NCBI GenBank assembly: GCA_012837615.1
Contig: DUQX01000004.1
Location: forward strand, 3,436 to 67,435
Origin: Bacillota bacterium
GTDB lineage: Bacteria > Bacillota > Dethiobacteria > DTU022 > UBA8154
Length of the DNA: 64,000 nucleotides
Reading direction: 5' to 3'
In this document: positions 34,758 to 44,275 of the stretch, one piece after another
Layout of the letters: each line of letters starts with the position of its first letter
Numbering within the stretch: the first letter of the stretch is position 1
The notes under the pieces: model-generated
Seen by the model: only the letters and a program-made list of their open reading frames with translations
What the model was told of the DNA's origin: nothing
The model's database searches: none
Translations under genes and position numbers: made by a program

Positions 34758-36086
34758 TTACCGGAAAGAAATGCTTCCCATCAGATCATATGTTCCTACC
34801 CCACTGATTTTTACTTCTAGAAGATCCCCCGGGCGAACTCCCGTAACCCCGGATATCACTACTTTTCCATCTACCTCCGGGGCCTGTGAAGCCAATCTTC
34901 CATAAGCGTTCTTTCTTTCGGGATGGAAAGAATCAACGAGTACTTTTGTTTTTTTCCCCAACAAGTACCTGTTGTATTTTCTGGAAATTACTTCCTGCTG
35001 TTCCACTAGTTTATTTATTCGTTGATTTATAATCGCCGTTTGAACTCGATGCTTGTGCTTGTAAGCACGCGTCCCCTTTTCCGGTGAGAAAGGAAACACA
35101 CCGAGTCTCTCAAAGGGACACTCCTGTAAAAAACTGAGGAGCTCATAAAATTCTCTCTCTCCCTCTCCGGGATAGCCAACCATTACTGTTGTCCGCAAAG
35201 CGACCTCCGGTATCATATCCCGAATGTCGTTATAAAGAGATATAATTTCTTTTTGGCTGGACATCCTTCCCATCTTTCGGAGAATCTTTTCACTTATATG
35301 CTGAATAGGTAGATCTAAATAATTACATATCCTGGGCTCATCTCTAATAATAGTTAATAGATCCTTCGTCACCCTTGCTGGATGAGTATATAAGAGCCTG
35401 ATCCAGTAAATGCCCTTTATTACACACAAACGCTTCAACAATTCAACTATCATATTCTTTCCGTAATAGTCCAGGCCATAAGCGGTTGTGTCCTGGGCAA
35501 TCAGGCAAATTTCCTTGGCTCCCAGCTTTTGGACAGCCTTAACCTCTTCAAGGATATCTTCCATTGGCCTGCTGCGCAGCCTGCCCCTCAGGGTAGGAAT
35601 TAAACAATAGGAGCAACTGTTATTGCATCCATCGGCGATTTTTATATAGACACTGTGGGGAGAACCGCTTAAAAAGCGCCTTTTAATATGCCGGGTTTCT
35701 TTTACTTTTTTCTGAGGAGAGACCAACTTCTCCAGGAGAAAGGGAATATCGCGGTAACTGTCAATAGTAACAACCAAATCTACTCCGGGAACCAGCTTTT
35801 TAATTTGAGATTCATGAAAATACTGGGCTAGACATCCGACAACTACGATTTTTTGCAGTTGATTTTTGGGGTTTTTTTTAATCAGCGTAGTTTCCTTAAT
35901 TGTCTCCAGCGCTTCAGAGCGCGCCTCTTTTAAAAAAGCGCATGTATTGATAATCGCAAAAGAGGCCTTTTCGATATTCTGCTGCAACCGGAAACCTGCG
36001 CCTTGAAGGCTACCTATAATTTTCTCCGAATCCACCAAATTTTTTGCACAGCCTAGGGAAATAAAAGCAAAAGTTTTTTTAAGCAT
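34758..36086 (-). CDS. rimO: Ribosomal protein S12 methylthiotransferase RimO
   Basis: The ISLGCAKNLVDSE N-terminal motif, radical-SAM CNNSCSYC, and a C-terminal TRAM domain. Confidence 0.85.
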   Translation of the reverse strand: MLKKTFAFISLGCAKNLVDSEKIIGSLQGAGFRLQQNIEKASFAIINTCAFLKEARSEALETIKETTLIKKNPKNQLQKIVVVGCLAQYFHESQIKKLVPGVDLVVTIDSYRDIPFLLEKLVSPQKKVKETRHIKRRFLSGSPHSVYIKIADGCNNSCSYCLIPTLRGRLRSRPMEDILEEVKAVQKLGAKEICLIAQDTTAYGLDYYGKNMIVELLKRLCVIKGIYWIRLLYTHPARVTKDLLTIIRDEPRICNYLDLPIQHISEKILRKMGRMSSQKEIISLYNDIRDMIPEVALRTTVMVGYPGEGEREFYELLSFLQECPFERLGVFPFSPEKGTRAYKHKHRVQTAIINQRINKLVEQQEVISRKYNRYLLGKKTKVLVDSFHPERKNAYGRLASQAPEVDGKVVISGVTGVRPGDLLEVKISGVGTYDLMGSISFR

Positions 36087-36219
36087 TTATTATCAACAAT
36101 TATCCTCCAAAAAACAACACTATAATATTATATATAGCATAATCCTAGCATAACCGATATTCAGCATCCGGTATTCGGCACCCGGCTATTAAATACCGCA
36201 GGGCCAGCTCCGGTTTCAA

Positions 36220-37047
36220 TTAGTTCGCTTTCCTGACAATAATATTAATAGGATTGCCTATACCCTTCAGGTCTTCAAGCTCAATGCCGTTTATCCCGAT
36301 TTTTACTACAGATGGACATCCCAGTCGAATGCGGGTTTCCAGTGCATCGCTTAGCTGTTTGGTATCACCGTTGACGTAAGTAGCCTCTTCAATAAGAGTA
36401 CCGTCCTGTTCTATCCTAACCCAGCATCTCCCGGAAAAAGCCAAGTGCACCTGTTTTTCCTCCGCTTTGCTTAACGTATATACTATTTCATTTGAGCTAG
36501 AGCTAACGATGGCGATCTCCGGCTCCTCCGGTTCAGGGAAGAGCTCTTCCTCCGGTAAATCAAAGTTGTTATCATCCCCGCCGTTTTCTTCCGGAGCCGG
36601 TTCGCCGGCGTACGGAATCCCGGCATTTTCGCCTGGAGGCTGCTGAGAAAGGTACCAGAGGCTCCCTACAACAACAATTGCCAGCAAGGTTATCCAGATT
36701 AACGCGGCTGGTGGAAAGATTTTTTTCTTGTTCCTGGCAACCACCGGCCTATTATCCTCTATCCTTTTTGTATGCGTCCTTTGCCCTCTTTTTTCGTTTT
36801 CATATTTTTTTTCCTTCTTCAGCAAAAGTTCATAACCGGAAATTATTTCCCTGGGGTTGAGGCCCACTGCATCGGCATAGTGTCTCAGTGCGCCTTTAAG
36901 ATATACTTCTCCGGAAAAACAAGAAAAGTCTCCTTCTTCAAGAGAACGCAAATACCTTTTGGGGATTTTTGTTGAGTTACTAATATCATCCAAACTTATT
37001 CCTTTTTCCTCACGGGCACTTTTTAAAAATTCACCAATCTCTTTCAA
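36220..37047 (-). CDS. rodZ: RodZ-like cytoskeleton-associated protein (HTH + TM + DUF4115-like)
   Basis: An N-terminal XRE-type HTH, a central TM helix, an acidic linker and a C-terminal beta domain. Its position corresponds to ymfM. Confidence 0.7.
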   Translation of the reverse strand: MKEIGEFLKSAREEKGISLDDISNSTKIPKRYLRSLEEGDFSCFSGEVYLKGALRHYADAVGLNPREIISGYELLLKKEKKYENEKRGQRTHTKRIEDNRPVVARNKKKIFPPAALIWITLLAIVVVGSLWYLSQQPPGENAGIPYAGEPAPEENGGDDNNFDLPEEELFPEPEEPEIAIVSSSSNEIVYTLSKAEEKQVHLAFSGRCWVRIEQDGTLIEEATYVNGDTKQLSDALETRIRLGCPSVVKIGINGIELEDLKGIGNPINIIVRKAN

Positions 37048-37077
37048 AAATTTCCCCCCTTTCTGTATCCAAGATGC

Positions 37078-39444
37078 TTACTCCCCATTGTTAACCGGTT
37101 TAAATTTTTTTTCCTTTAAAAGAAGAGCAGCCTGCTCCATATTCATTAATACTTTTCGGGGTTTACTGCCCTCATATTTACCGACTACCCCTAAACGTTC
37201 CAGATCATCAATAAGCCTGGCCGCCCTTGTATAGCCGACCCTGAACCTCCTTTGAATGAGAGATATGGAGGCGTGCCCGGTCTGTATGATTAGTTCTACT
37301 GCTTCGGGCAATATAGGATCAAATATTTCTTCCTCCTCGGCTTTCTCCTCAGGCACTTCTTCTGTAAAAAAAGACTGCTGATAAAGGGGGCTTTCCTGTT
37401 GTCTGATAAACTCCACAAGTTTATATATATCCCTTTCACTTAAAAATGCTCCCTGAACACGTAAAGGTTTATGAGCGCCAATAGGATAATAGAGCATATC
37501 GCCCCTGCCCAAAAGCTTTTCTGCCCCTCCCATATCCAATATTGTTCTGGAATCGATCTGTGAAGACACTGCAAAAGCAATTCGCGATGTAATGTTCGCT
37601 TTAATCAATCCGGTGATAATATCGACTGATGGCCGTTGGGTTGCAATTACAAGGTGTATCCCTGCAGCTCTGGACATCTGGGATAACCTGACAATTGAAT
37701 CCTCAACTTCAGCGGGAGCAACCATCATCAAATCCGCCAGTTCATCTATTACAACAACAATATACGGTAGGAGATCCTCATCTCCGGCAGAATTATGATC
37801 ATTTCCAATACTGCTCTTAATTAGTTCATTATAACGGCTTATGTCACGAACACCCTGCCGGGCAAAAAGGTCATATCTCCTCTCCATCTCCTTTACCATA
37901 CTCCGCAAAGCCATAGAAGCTTTTTTCGGTTCGGTGATTACCGGCGAGATCAAATGGGGAATTCCGTTATATATACTTAGTTCAACCATCTTGGGATCGA
38001 CTAGCAACATTTTTACTTCCCAGGGAGTAGCTTTAAAAAGAATACTGCAAATAAGGCCATTAATGCATACACTTTTTCCCGACCCGGTCGAACCGGCAAT
38101 TAATAGATGGGGCATTTTCAAAAGGTCAGCAAAAACAGCAGAACCGGCGATATCTTTTCCCAGGCCAATAGTCAGAGGGGAAGCGGAGTTTTGGAAAAAA
38201 GGATCTTCCAATACTTCTCTTAAATATACTAGGGAAACTATTTTATTGGGAACCTCAATTCCTATAGCTGCTTTTCCGGGTATTGGTGCTTCAATCCGTA
38301 CATCAGGAGCTGCAAGATTTAGAGCGAGGTCATCGCTTAGGCTTAAAATCTTACTGACCTTTACCCCGGTTTCAGGTTGTATCTCAAAACGTGTAACCGC
38401 CGGGCCAGCCTGGATCTCTTTAATTTTTACATTTACACCAAAGCTTTCAAAGGTATTCTCTAAAGATCGCGCCCTTTCCTGAATAACTTTCTGCTGTTGG
38501 TTATCGCGCAGTTTATTTACTTTAACCAAAAGGCTCAAGGGTGGGATCTGGTAGTCTAGCAGTGCCTTATTACCTTCGGTGAGATTATCTGGGGAAACGG
38601 TTTCTTGGATACTTTGCGGATCATTTTCAAATAATTCATCTGCGTTCGAGATTATTGTTTGCTGTACGGCAATATTACTGTAGTCATTATATGTTTTTTC
38701 CGAATATCCTTCTATTTTTTCTTCTTTCTCTTCAATTGAAGGGATCATTTCATAGTCTTCGTATTTCTTAACCGGATACTTTTCTTCCGAAAGGTTAGAG
38801 CTTTTTTCCCTCTGGGGGAAAACACCGATAATACTTTTACCTGAACGGGCACAAAAAGACAGGATGATTTTGCTGCACCTGAAGATGCCGGTAATAATTT
38901 CAATTAAAGAACTGTTTGTAATTAGCAGCAAGGCAAGGACACCAAAAGCGCTAATTACTATATAACTGCCTATATCCTTAAATAAGAATAATAGGATAAC
39001 GGTTAAGAGAGCTCCCAGCAGACCCCCGCCCTGCCGCTGCAAACCGAGATGAATAATCGAGATATAAAAATCACCTTTGGAAAGAACATCCAGCTCATCT
39101 AATGATAATGTTAAATGCAAAGATATCGTCAGGAGTAAAAAAAGAATAGCCAGTCCCAGAAAACGGTATTGAATATTTTCAATTTCCAACGGCCAGAGGC
39201 GGGTGAGCGCAAAAATAGCCAGTAAAAATGGCAATGCCAGAGCCGCATCCCCCAGTAGAGTCCTAAAGATATTATTCAGTATAATGCCAAAATACCCGGT
39301 TTGTGAAGTAAATTTTATCCCGGCAAACATGAAGGCCGCTAAGGCCGCCAATAAAACAGCAATAATCTGTCTATTGATAACTTCGTTCTTGAAAACCATC
39401 GCTTTTTTTAGATTTTTATTATTTTCCTTTTTTTTTGATGCCAT
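37078..39444 (-). CDS. ftsK: DNA translocase FtsK/SpoIIIE
   Basis: An N-terminal polytopic domain, a motor domain (GSTGSGKS, VVVIDELADLM), and a C-terminal gamma wHTH. Confidence 0.95.
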   Translation of the reverse strand: MASKKKENNKNLKKAMVFKNEVINRQIIAVLLAALAAFMFAGIKFTSQTGYFGIILNNIFRTLLGDAALALPFLLAIFALTRLWPLEIENIQYRFLGLAILFLLLTISLHLTLSLDELDVLSKGDFYISIIHLGLQRQGGGLLGALLTVILLFLFKDIGSYIVISAFGVLALLLITNSSLIEIITGIFRCSKIILSFCARSGKSIIGVFPQREKSSNLSEEKYPVKKYEDYEMIPSIEEKEEKIEGYSEKTYNDYSNIAVQQTIISNADELFENDPQSIQETVSPDNLTEGNKALLDYQIPPLSLLVKVNKLRDNQQQKVIQERARSLENTFESFGVNVKIKEIQAGPAVTRFEIQPETGVKVSKILSLSDDLALNLAAPDVRIEAPIPGKAAIGIEVPNKIVSLVYLREVLEDPFFQNSASPLTIGLGKDIAGSAVFADLLKMPHLLIAGSTGSGKSVCINGLICSILFKATPWEVKMLLVDPKMVELSIYNGIPHLISPVITEPKKASMALRSMVKEMERRYDLFARQGVRDISRYNELIKSSIGNDHNSAGDEDLLPYIVVVIDELADLMMVAPAEVEDSIVRLSQMSRAAGIHLVIATQRPSVDIITGLIKANITSRIAFAVSSQIDSRTILDMGGAEKLLGRGDMLYYPIGAHKPLRVQGAFLSERDIYKLVEFIRQQESPLYQQSFFTEEVPEEKAEEEEIFDPILPEAVELIIQTGHASISLIQRRFRVGYTRAARLIDDLERLGVVGKYEGSKPRKVLMNMEQAALLLKEKKFKPVNNGE

Positions 39445-39531
39445 AAATTACATATACCCCTCGTATTAAAACTTCAACATTTATTTAACAATCCCTCTTA
39501 GAAATAAACAGCCTATATTTTCTTTTGTGCC

Positions 39532-40317
39532 TTAGAGAGTGAAAATAATAGTTAATAAACCTACCAACCAGCAATAACAGGCGATATAATAGAATTTTCC
39601 CCTCACTAGCAGCTTAATAAAGACATGAATAGCAAAAATCCCCGATAAAAAAGCTATAAAAGCAGCTAAGAAGTGATAAGGTAAAAAGACGTTCTCCAAA
39701 CCGCCATTTTGGAAAAGGCTAAGAATCTCCAGAAATGAAGCCCCCGCAATAGCAGGCAGGGCCAGCAAAAAAGAATACCTGATCGCAGACTCTCTCCTCA
39801 ATCCTCTCCACAGGGCCCCCATTATAGTAGATCCGGACCTGCTTATACCGGGGATAATTGCAATTCCCTGAAACACGCCGATTAGCACCGCATCCCAGGC
39901 GTTCATTTCTTTAATCTCTTTTCCCTTAATCGTAATTTTTTGGATTGCAATTACGATCAATCCGGTTACTAGCAGCATCAATCCTGCAAAAAAAGGCCTG
40001 TCAAATATTTCAAGAAAGAACGAACTAAAGAAAAGCCCCATAAGACCTGTTGGAATTGTACCGATAATTAATAGGAGAAAAAGCTTTTTTTGTTCAGCGT
40101 CATATAAAAATCGCGTTATCAGATAATAGAGGTCCTTGCGGAATACCCAGATAACGGACAGCAAAGTACCAAAATGAACCAATACTTCAAAAGTAACCCC
40201 CGGCAATGTTAACCCCATAAAATACTGTGCTATAACCAGGTGTCCCGAACTGCTCACGGGTAAAAATTCTGTTAGCCCTTGCAACAAACCTAGTAAAACT
40301 GCCTTCAAAGCCCCCAT
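39532..40317 (-). CDS. uppP: Undecaprenyl-diphosphatase
   Basis: EFLPVSSSGHL and SRSG motifs. Confidence 0.9.
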   Translation of the reverse strand: MGALKAVLLGLLQGLTEFLPVSSSGHLVIAQYFMGLTLPGVTFEVLVHFGTLLSVIWVFRKDLYYLITRFLYDAEQKKLFLLLIIGTIPTGLMGLFFSSFFLEIFDRPFFAGLMLLVTGLIVIAIQKITIKGKEIKEMNAWDAVLIGVFQGIAIIPGISRSGSTIMGALWRGLRRESAIRYSFLLALPAIAGASFLEILSLFQNGGLENVFLPYHFLAAFIAFLSGIFAIHVFIKLLVRGKFYYIACYCWLVGLLTIIFTL

Positions 40318-40338
40318 TAGCTATAGACCTCCAAAAAT

Positions 40339-41292
40339 TCAATAGTTCTTATCACGTTTTGTTCCTGTTATTATATATTCCAATAAAGATGCATATTTGT
40401 CAACAAGAGGGATAAATACAATTACGCCAACCAGATTGTAAATAGCGTGGGCATTGGCAACCTGGCGGGCAAAATCTTCTGCCGTGATACTGATGAGCCA
40501 TAAAAAGTACTGCCAAAAGGGTAGCAGAATCAATAAGGATGCTATATTAAAAAAAAGATGCCCCCAGGCTACTTGTCTCGCCGGTAAAATAGTGCCATAA
40601 GAAGCAATCATCGCTGTAATGCACGTTCCCAGGTCTGCACCGAGGATTATGGCCAGAGCCTCGGGCAGGGATAATAAATTTTCCCTGCATAACAACACAA
40701 CCATGCCTATAGTAACGCTGCTGCTCTGCAGAATTGCAGCTACAAGAGCCCCGGTGAAAATACCTTTCCATAGAGCTCCTCTACTAAACCTGTATAATTC
40801 CTGATAAAACAATATGTCCGCTAGCGGTTCCAGGGCCACGATCATCAGTTCAATCCCTCCTAGAACCACCGCTATCCCCAGTAATACTTTACCTCCATAA
40901 TTTTTTTTCAATACCCCTTCAACTAGATAAGCAATTATTCCGGCAGCAATAAGGGGCAGGAGCAACTTCCCGGTTTCCAGCGAAAAAACCTGGGAAGTGA
41001 CAGCCGTTCCCAGGTTGGCGCCGAGTACTATCGCCAGCCCTTGCTTTAAACTTAAAACACCCCCGTTAATAAAACCTACTACCATTACCGTAATCAGGCT
41101 GCTGCTTTGTAAAAATGCAGTAGAAACCGCTCCCAATAAAAAGCCCTTCAGCGGTGTAGAGGTATAGCTTTTTAAAAGAGTGTGTAGTATGCCACCTGTA
41201 ACCTGGCGCAAACTTATGCTTATAACTCTAATACCTCTCAGGAGCAGAAGAAGCGCAAAAAGAAATTTTACAACAGCAACAATAACTATCAA
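40339..41292 (-). CDS. Na+/phosphate cotransporter family protein (PNaS, short form)
   Basis: A polytopic protein with duplicated QSSS-containing repeats (LQSSSLITV / LQSSSVTIG). Confidence 0.8.
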   Translation of the reverse strand: MIVIVAVVKFLFALLLLLRGIRVISISLRQVTGGILHTLLKSYTSTPLKGFLLGAVSTAFLQSSSLITVMVVGFINGGVLSLKQGLAIVLGANLGTAVTSQVFSLETGKLLLPLIAAGIIAYLVEGVLKKNYGGKVLLGIAVVLGGIELMIVALEPLADILFYQELYRFSRGALWKGIFTGALVAAILQSSSVTIGMVVLLCRENLLSLPEALAIILGADLGTCITAMIASYGTILPARQVAWGHLFFNIASLLILLPFWQYFLWLISITAEDFARQVANAHAIYNLVGVIVFIPLVDKYASLLEYIITGTKRDKNY

Positions 41293-41419
41293 TATTACCC
41301 CCCTCTTTGATTTTTATTTAAATAGGAAACAAATAGAACTGGTTATCAAAACAAAGAGGCCAATATTGATAATTATAAGTAGTTTGGAGAAAATAAAGTG
41401 CAGAAAGGAGCGGTTATCT

Positions 41420-42214
41420 ATGTTCGATCCTGAATACCATTCACAAACGGAAGAGCCGAAAAAAGAAAATCCGGAACAGCCTGCAGGAAGGGGGGAGGAA
41501 CCATCAAACAAAACAATTACACAGTTAGGGCAGTTGACTTTGCCAAAACCGGACAATGATATTTTTACTTTAACTATAATTGGACAGATAGAAGGGCATG
41601 TGGTGCTTCCACCCCAAAACAAAACAACAAAATATGAGCATGTAATACCTCAGCTGGTTGCGGTGGAGCAAAACCCCAAAATTAAAGGCGCCTTAATTAT
41701 CCTAAATACGGTAGGCGGCGATGTAGAAGCAGGGCTGGCCATAGCAGAAATGATCAACACCCTTTCTAAACCTACCGTATCATTGGTTTTGGGTGGAGGC
41801 CATTCCATCGGAGTGGTTATTTCCTGCGGCTGTCAATATTCGCTAATAGCTGAAACCGCCACCATGACCATTCATCCAATCAGGTTGACCGGCCTGATAG
41901 TGGGAGTCAGCCAGGTGTTTGAGTACCTGGACAAAATGCAAGAAAGAATCATCGATTTTGTATCCAGCCATTCTAAAGTATCAAAAGAAAAATTTAAAGA
42001 GCTAATGTTTAATACCGGCCAACTGGGAAGAGATATAGGTACTGTTCTGGTAGGCCATGAAGCTGTAGATGTTGGATTAATTGACGAGGTGGGAGGACTC
42101 TCAAGGGCGGTAATTAAACTCAGGGAAATGATAGATGAACAAGAAAAGGAGAAAAAGATCCAAAATGATACTCTACACCCCGTTACCACCGGAAATCATC
42201 ATGAAGGGCAGTGA
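41420..42214 (+). CDS. tepA: ClpP-fold TepA/YmfB-like protease (start ATG 41420 after AAAGGAG)
   Basis: GQIEGH...[17 protein letters not shown]...TMTIHPIR is typical of TepA-like proteins. The track ORF's 80-aa upstream extension overlaps the divergent gene. Confidence 0.8.
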   Translation: MFDPEYHSQTEEPKKENPEQPAGRGEEPSNKTITQLGQLTLPKPDNDIFTLTIIGQIEGHVVLPPQNKTTKYEHVIPQLVAVEQNPKIKGALIILNTVGGDVEAGLAIAEMINTLSKPTVSLVLGGGHSIGVVISCGCQYSLIAETATMTIHPIRLTGLIVGVSQVFEYLDKMQERIIDFVSSHSKVSKEKFKELMFNTGQLGRDIGTVLVGHEAVDVGLIDEVGGLSRAVIKLREMIDEQEKEKKIQNDTLHPVTTGNHHEGQ

Positions 42215-42392
42215 AGAACACAAACCCGCCTATTTTCAAATACCTTACAGCGGAGGATTTATCGAGGTTGAAATCATTTCGCCTAACAGGGCTAAAATAG
42301 TCCGTATAAACAGCCGTGATTTAAATGATTATCTCCACCCCAATTTACAGCCCGGCAGAGAAATAAAACTTAAATGGGATATTGGGGATTAA
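42165..42392 (+). CDS. ylzJ: YlzJ-like small protein (start uncertain: 42135 or 42165)
   Basis: [10 protein letters not shown]... follows tepA as in B. subtilis and overlaps the tepA 3' end. Confidence 0.55.
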   Translation: MILYTPLPPEIIMKGSEEHKPAYFQIPYSGGFIEVEIISPNRAKIVRINSRDLNDYLHPNLQPGREIKLKWDIGD

Positions 42393-42405
42393 GTATTTCA
42401 GCATA

Positions 42406-43788
42406 TTATATCCCTTTCTTATACTTTTGAAGATCTTCAGGTGTATCAATATCGATAAGTATTCCCGGAAAAGGGGTATCCACACTGCTTTTTTCTTTTT
42501 CCGGAATAGAGGAAAAAACCTGCCGGCCTCCCTTATCCCCCTCCAGAAGCATAAGCTGCGGCCAGGCGCGGCGGTCAAAAAGCACAGGGTTACCCCGTCT
42601 GCCCTTAAATAAAGGAAAAGTAAGCATACTAAGATCAGCAGCATATTTTTTGATCAACAAATCGTATACCTCAGGAGGTATAAAGGGCTGATCGGCCAGC
42701 GTAAAGATAATCCCCTGTGTTCCCGGATAAGAAGCGGCAATGCCGGTTTTTAAAGATGAGGCAATCCCTTTCAGGTAGTTTTTGTTTGTTACTATTTTTA
42801 CCCTTGGATCATTTAATAGTTCCTGAGTCTGCGGTAAAAAAATAGTTCCGGGCCTGGTTACCAGGATTACCTCATTTACCCGGGATTTAAGGACGTTTTT
42901 TAAAGAAAGATCGAGGACTGTCTGATCTTTTATTTTAAGAAATAGCTTATTATCCCCCATTCGGGTGGAAGAGCCTGCAGCAAGAACAACGCAGGTAATG
43001 AAAGGCATGGAGGAATGACTGGATAGGTCAAAAATATATTGAAGTGCAATTTTTTCCTTTAAAGATGTAAACAAAAAAAGCTCGATTCCGGGTTCGCCCC
43101 GAAAAGCTTTGGCTATAATCTTGAGCGTCTTTTTTTCCCGGAGAAGATCAACTTTGTTCATGAGGGGAATAATCCGTGCCCGGGGAGACATATTGCGACC
43201 CAGGTTGACCATGAATTTTAAACAGCGAAGGAGATGTTCTGCAGTTAAAGGTACCCCGGGGAGCGACCCCGTTATCTTTAGAAGAAGTTCCGGCCTGTGT
43301 ACAAATCTTGAATTCGGAATTAACCCAAGGGCATCTATTCCTAAAAGGGGAATGATGAGCGTTGAAGATGAAGGTATTACGGGTTCATGGGGAGCATAAC
43401 CTTTTACTGGCTTTCCTGCGGAACCGTCAGCCTCTACAAGAATATAGGAGATAACACCACTTGCCAGAAGTTTTCCAGTCCATGACGGATCGATTCCTGT
43501 TAATTTGTTGTTCGGCATAAGGGAACTGCCGAGGGCAACTACATCGTGATTTTGAAGATTCCGCCGCAGGCTTAACAAAGCCCCCTCAAATTCTGAATTA
43601 ATAACACAGGGTATGTTGTCAGGTTTAAAAATCTTGGTTGTTGTCGTAAAAATTACTTTCTTTTTTAACCCGGCCAATTCTCGGGCCAAGCGACAAAGTA
43701 GAGAGGTTTTGCCTCCACCACCGTAAACTGCAATAATTTCTTTTTCACCGAGCTGCATGCTACCCGTCAGGCTTAACGGATCCATCAT
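42406..43788 (-). CDS. Fusion protein: YqeC-like selenium-dependent hydroxylase accessory protein + MobA/MocA-like molybdenum cofactor nucleotidyltransferase
   Basis: The N-terminal half has P-loop GGGGKTS (YqeC family). The C-terminal half has VVLAAGSSTRMG..K (the MobA-like NTP-transferase signature). Confidence 0.8.
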   Translation of the reverse strand: MMDPLSLTGSMQLGEKEIIAVYGGGGKTSLLCRLARELAGLKKKVIFTTTTKIFKPDNIPCVINSEFEGALLSLRRNLQNHDVVALGSSLMPNNKLTGIDPSWTGKLLASGVISYILVEADGSAGKPVKGYAPHEPVIPSSSTLIIPLLGIDALGLIPNSRFVHRPELLLKITGSLPGVPLTAEHLLRCLKFMVNLGRNMSPRARIIPLMNKVDLLREKKTLKIIAKAFRGEPGIELFLFTSLKEKIALQYIFDLSSHSSMPFITCVVLAAGSSTRMGDNKLFLKIKDQTVLDLSLKNVLKSRVNEVILVTRPGTIFLPQTQELLNDPRVKIVTNKNYLKGIASSLKTGIAASYPGTQGIIFTLADQPFIPPEVYDLLIKKYAADLSMLTFPLFKGRRGNPVLFDRRAWPQLMLLEGDKGGRQVFSSIPEKEKSSVDTPFPGILIDIDTPEDLQKYKKGI

Positions 43789-43795
43789 TTACTCC

Positions 43796-44134
43796 TTACC
43801 TGTTAAAATGCTTTTTAAATAGTATTTCCAACTTTTCCAGGGCCTCCCGGCGGAATTGAGCATATTTCCCCGCAAACTCTTCACCTTCTTCAGTAAGCAC
43901 GGAACCCCCTCCTGCATGCCCCCCTGCTCTCTTATGGAGCAATGAAAAACCCAGTTTGCTTTCTAAATCATCTATTAGTTTCCAGGCCTGACTGTACGAC
44001 ATATTCATTTCTGCTGCGGCCATACGCAGAGAACCGGTTTGCTTTACTCTCTGTAAAATTTCACAAGGACCGTCACCAAACACTTTTTTGCCATCGCTTT
44101 CTATCCAAATTTTACAGTTAAGAGATAAAGCCAT
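43796..44134 (-). CDS. ModE-N-terminal-like winged-helix transcriptional regulator (no TOBE domains)
   Basis: GSLRMAAAEMNMSYSQAWKLIDDLESKLG...RAGGHAGGGSVLTEEG is characteristic of the ModE/LysR-type HTH family. Confidence 0.75.
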   Translation of the reverse strand: MALSLNCKIWIESDGKKVFGDGPCEILQRVKQTGSLRMAAAEMNMSYSQAWKLIDDLESKLGFSLLHKRAGGHAGGGSVLTEEGEEFAGKYAQFRREALEKLEILFKKHFNR

Positions 44135-44159
44135 TACAAAGCCTCCTGTCTGCTATCAA

Positions 44160-44177
44160 GATAAGGCGCGCCTTATC
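44160..44177. promoter_or_regulatory. 18-bp perfect palindrome GATAAGGCGCGCCTTATC (candidate operator or hairpin)
   Basis: It lies 26-43 nt upstream of the ModE-like gene start and downstream of the rnj stop. Confidence 0.35.
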
Positions 44178-44275
44178 CCTAGCAAAAGCTTAAAATAACA
44201 AGAAATCATTTTGAACGCTTCTTCAACTATGAAACAAAATACCCCTGAAGCAGTTGGAATCATAAAACCAGTTAA

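Noticed and set aside
41180-41419. An 80-aa N-terminal extension of the TepA-like ORF that overlaps the divergent Na/Pi transporter gene.
   Set aside because: An internal ATG at 41420 has a good AAAGGAG RBS. The homologous region of TepA-like proteins begins after it.
44160-44177. The palindrome contains GGCGCGCC (an AscI site), and GCTAGC occurs at about 11009. I considered whether these are engineering scars.
   Set aside because: These are single occurrences of short restriction-site palindromes within natural-looking context. There are no vector or cassette features.
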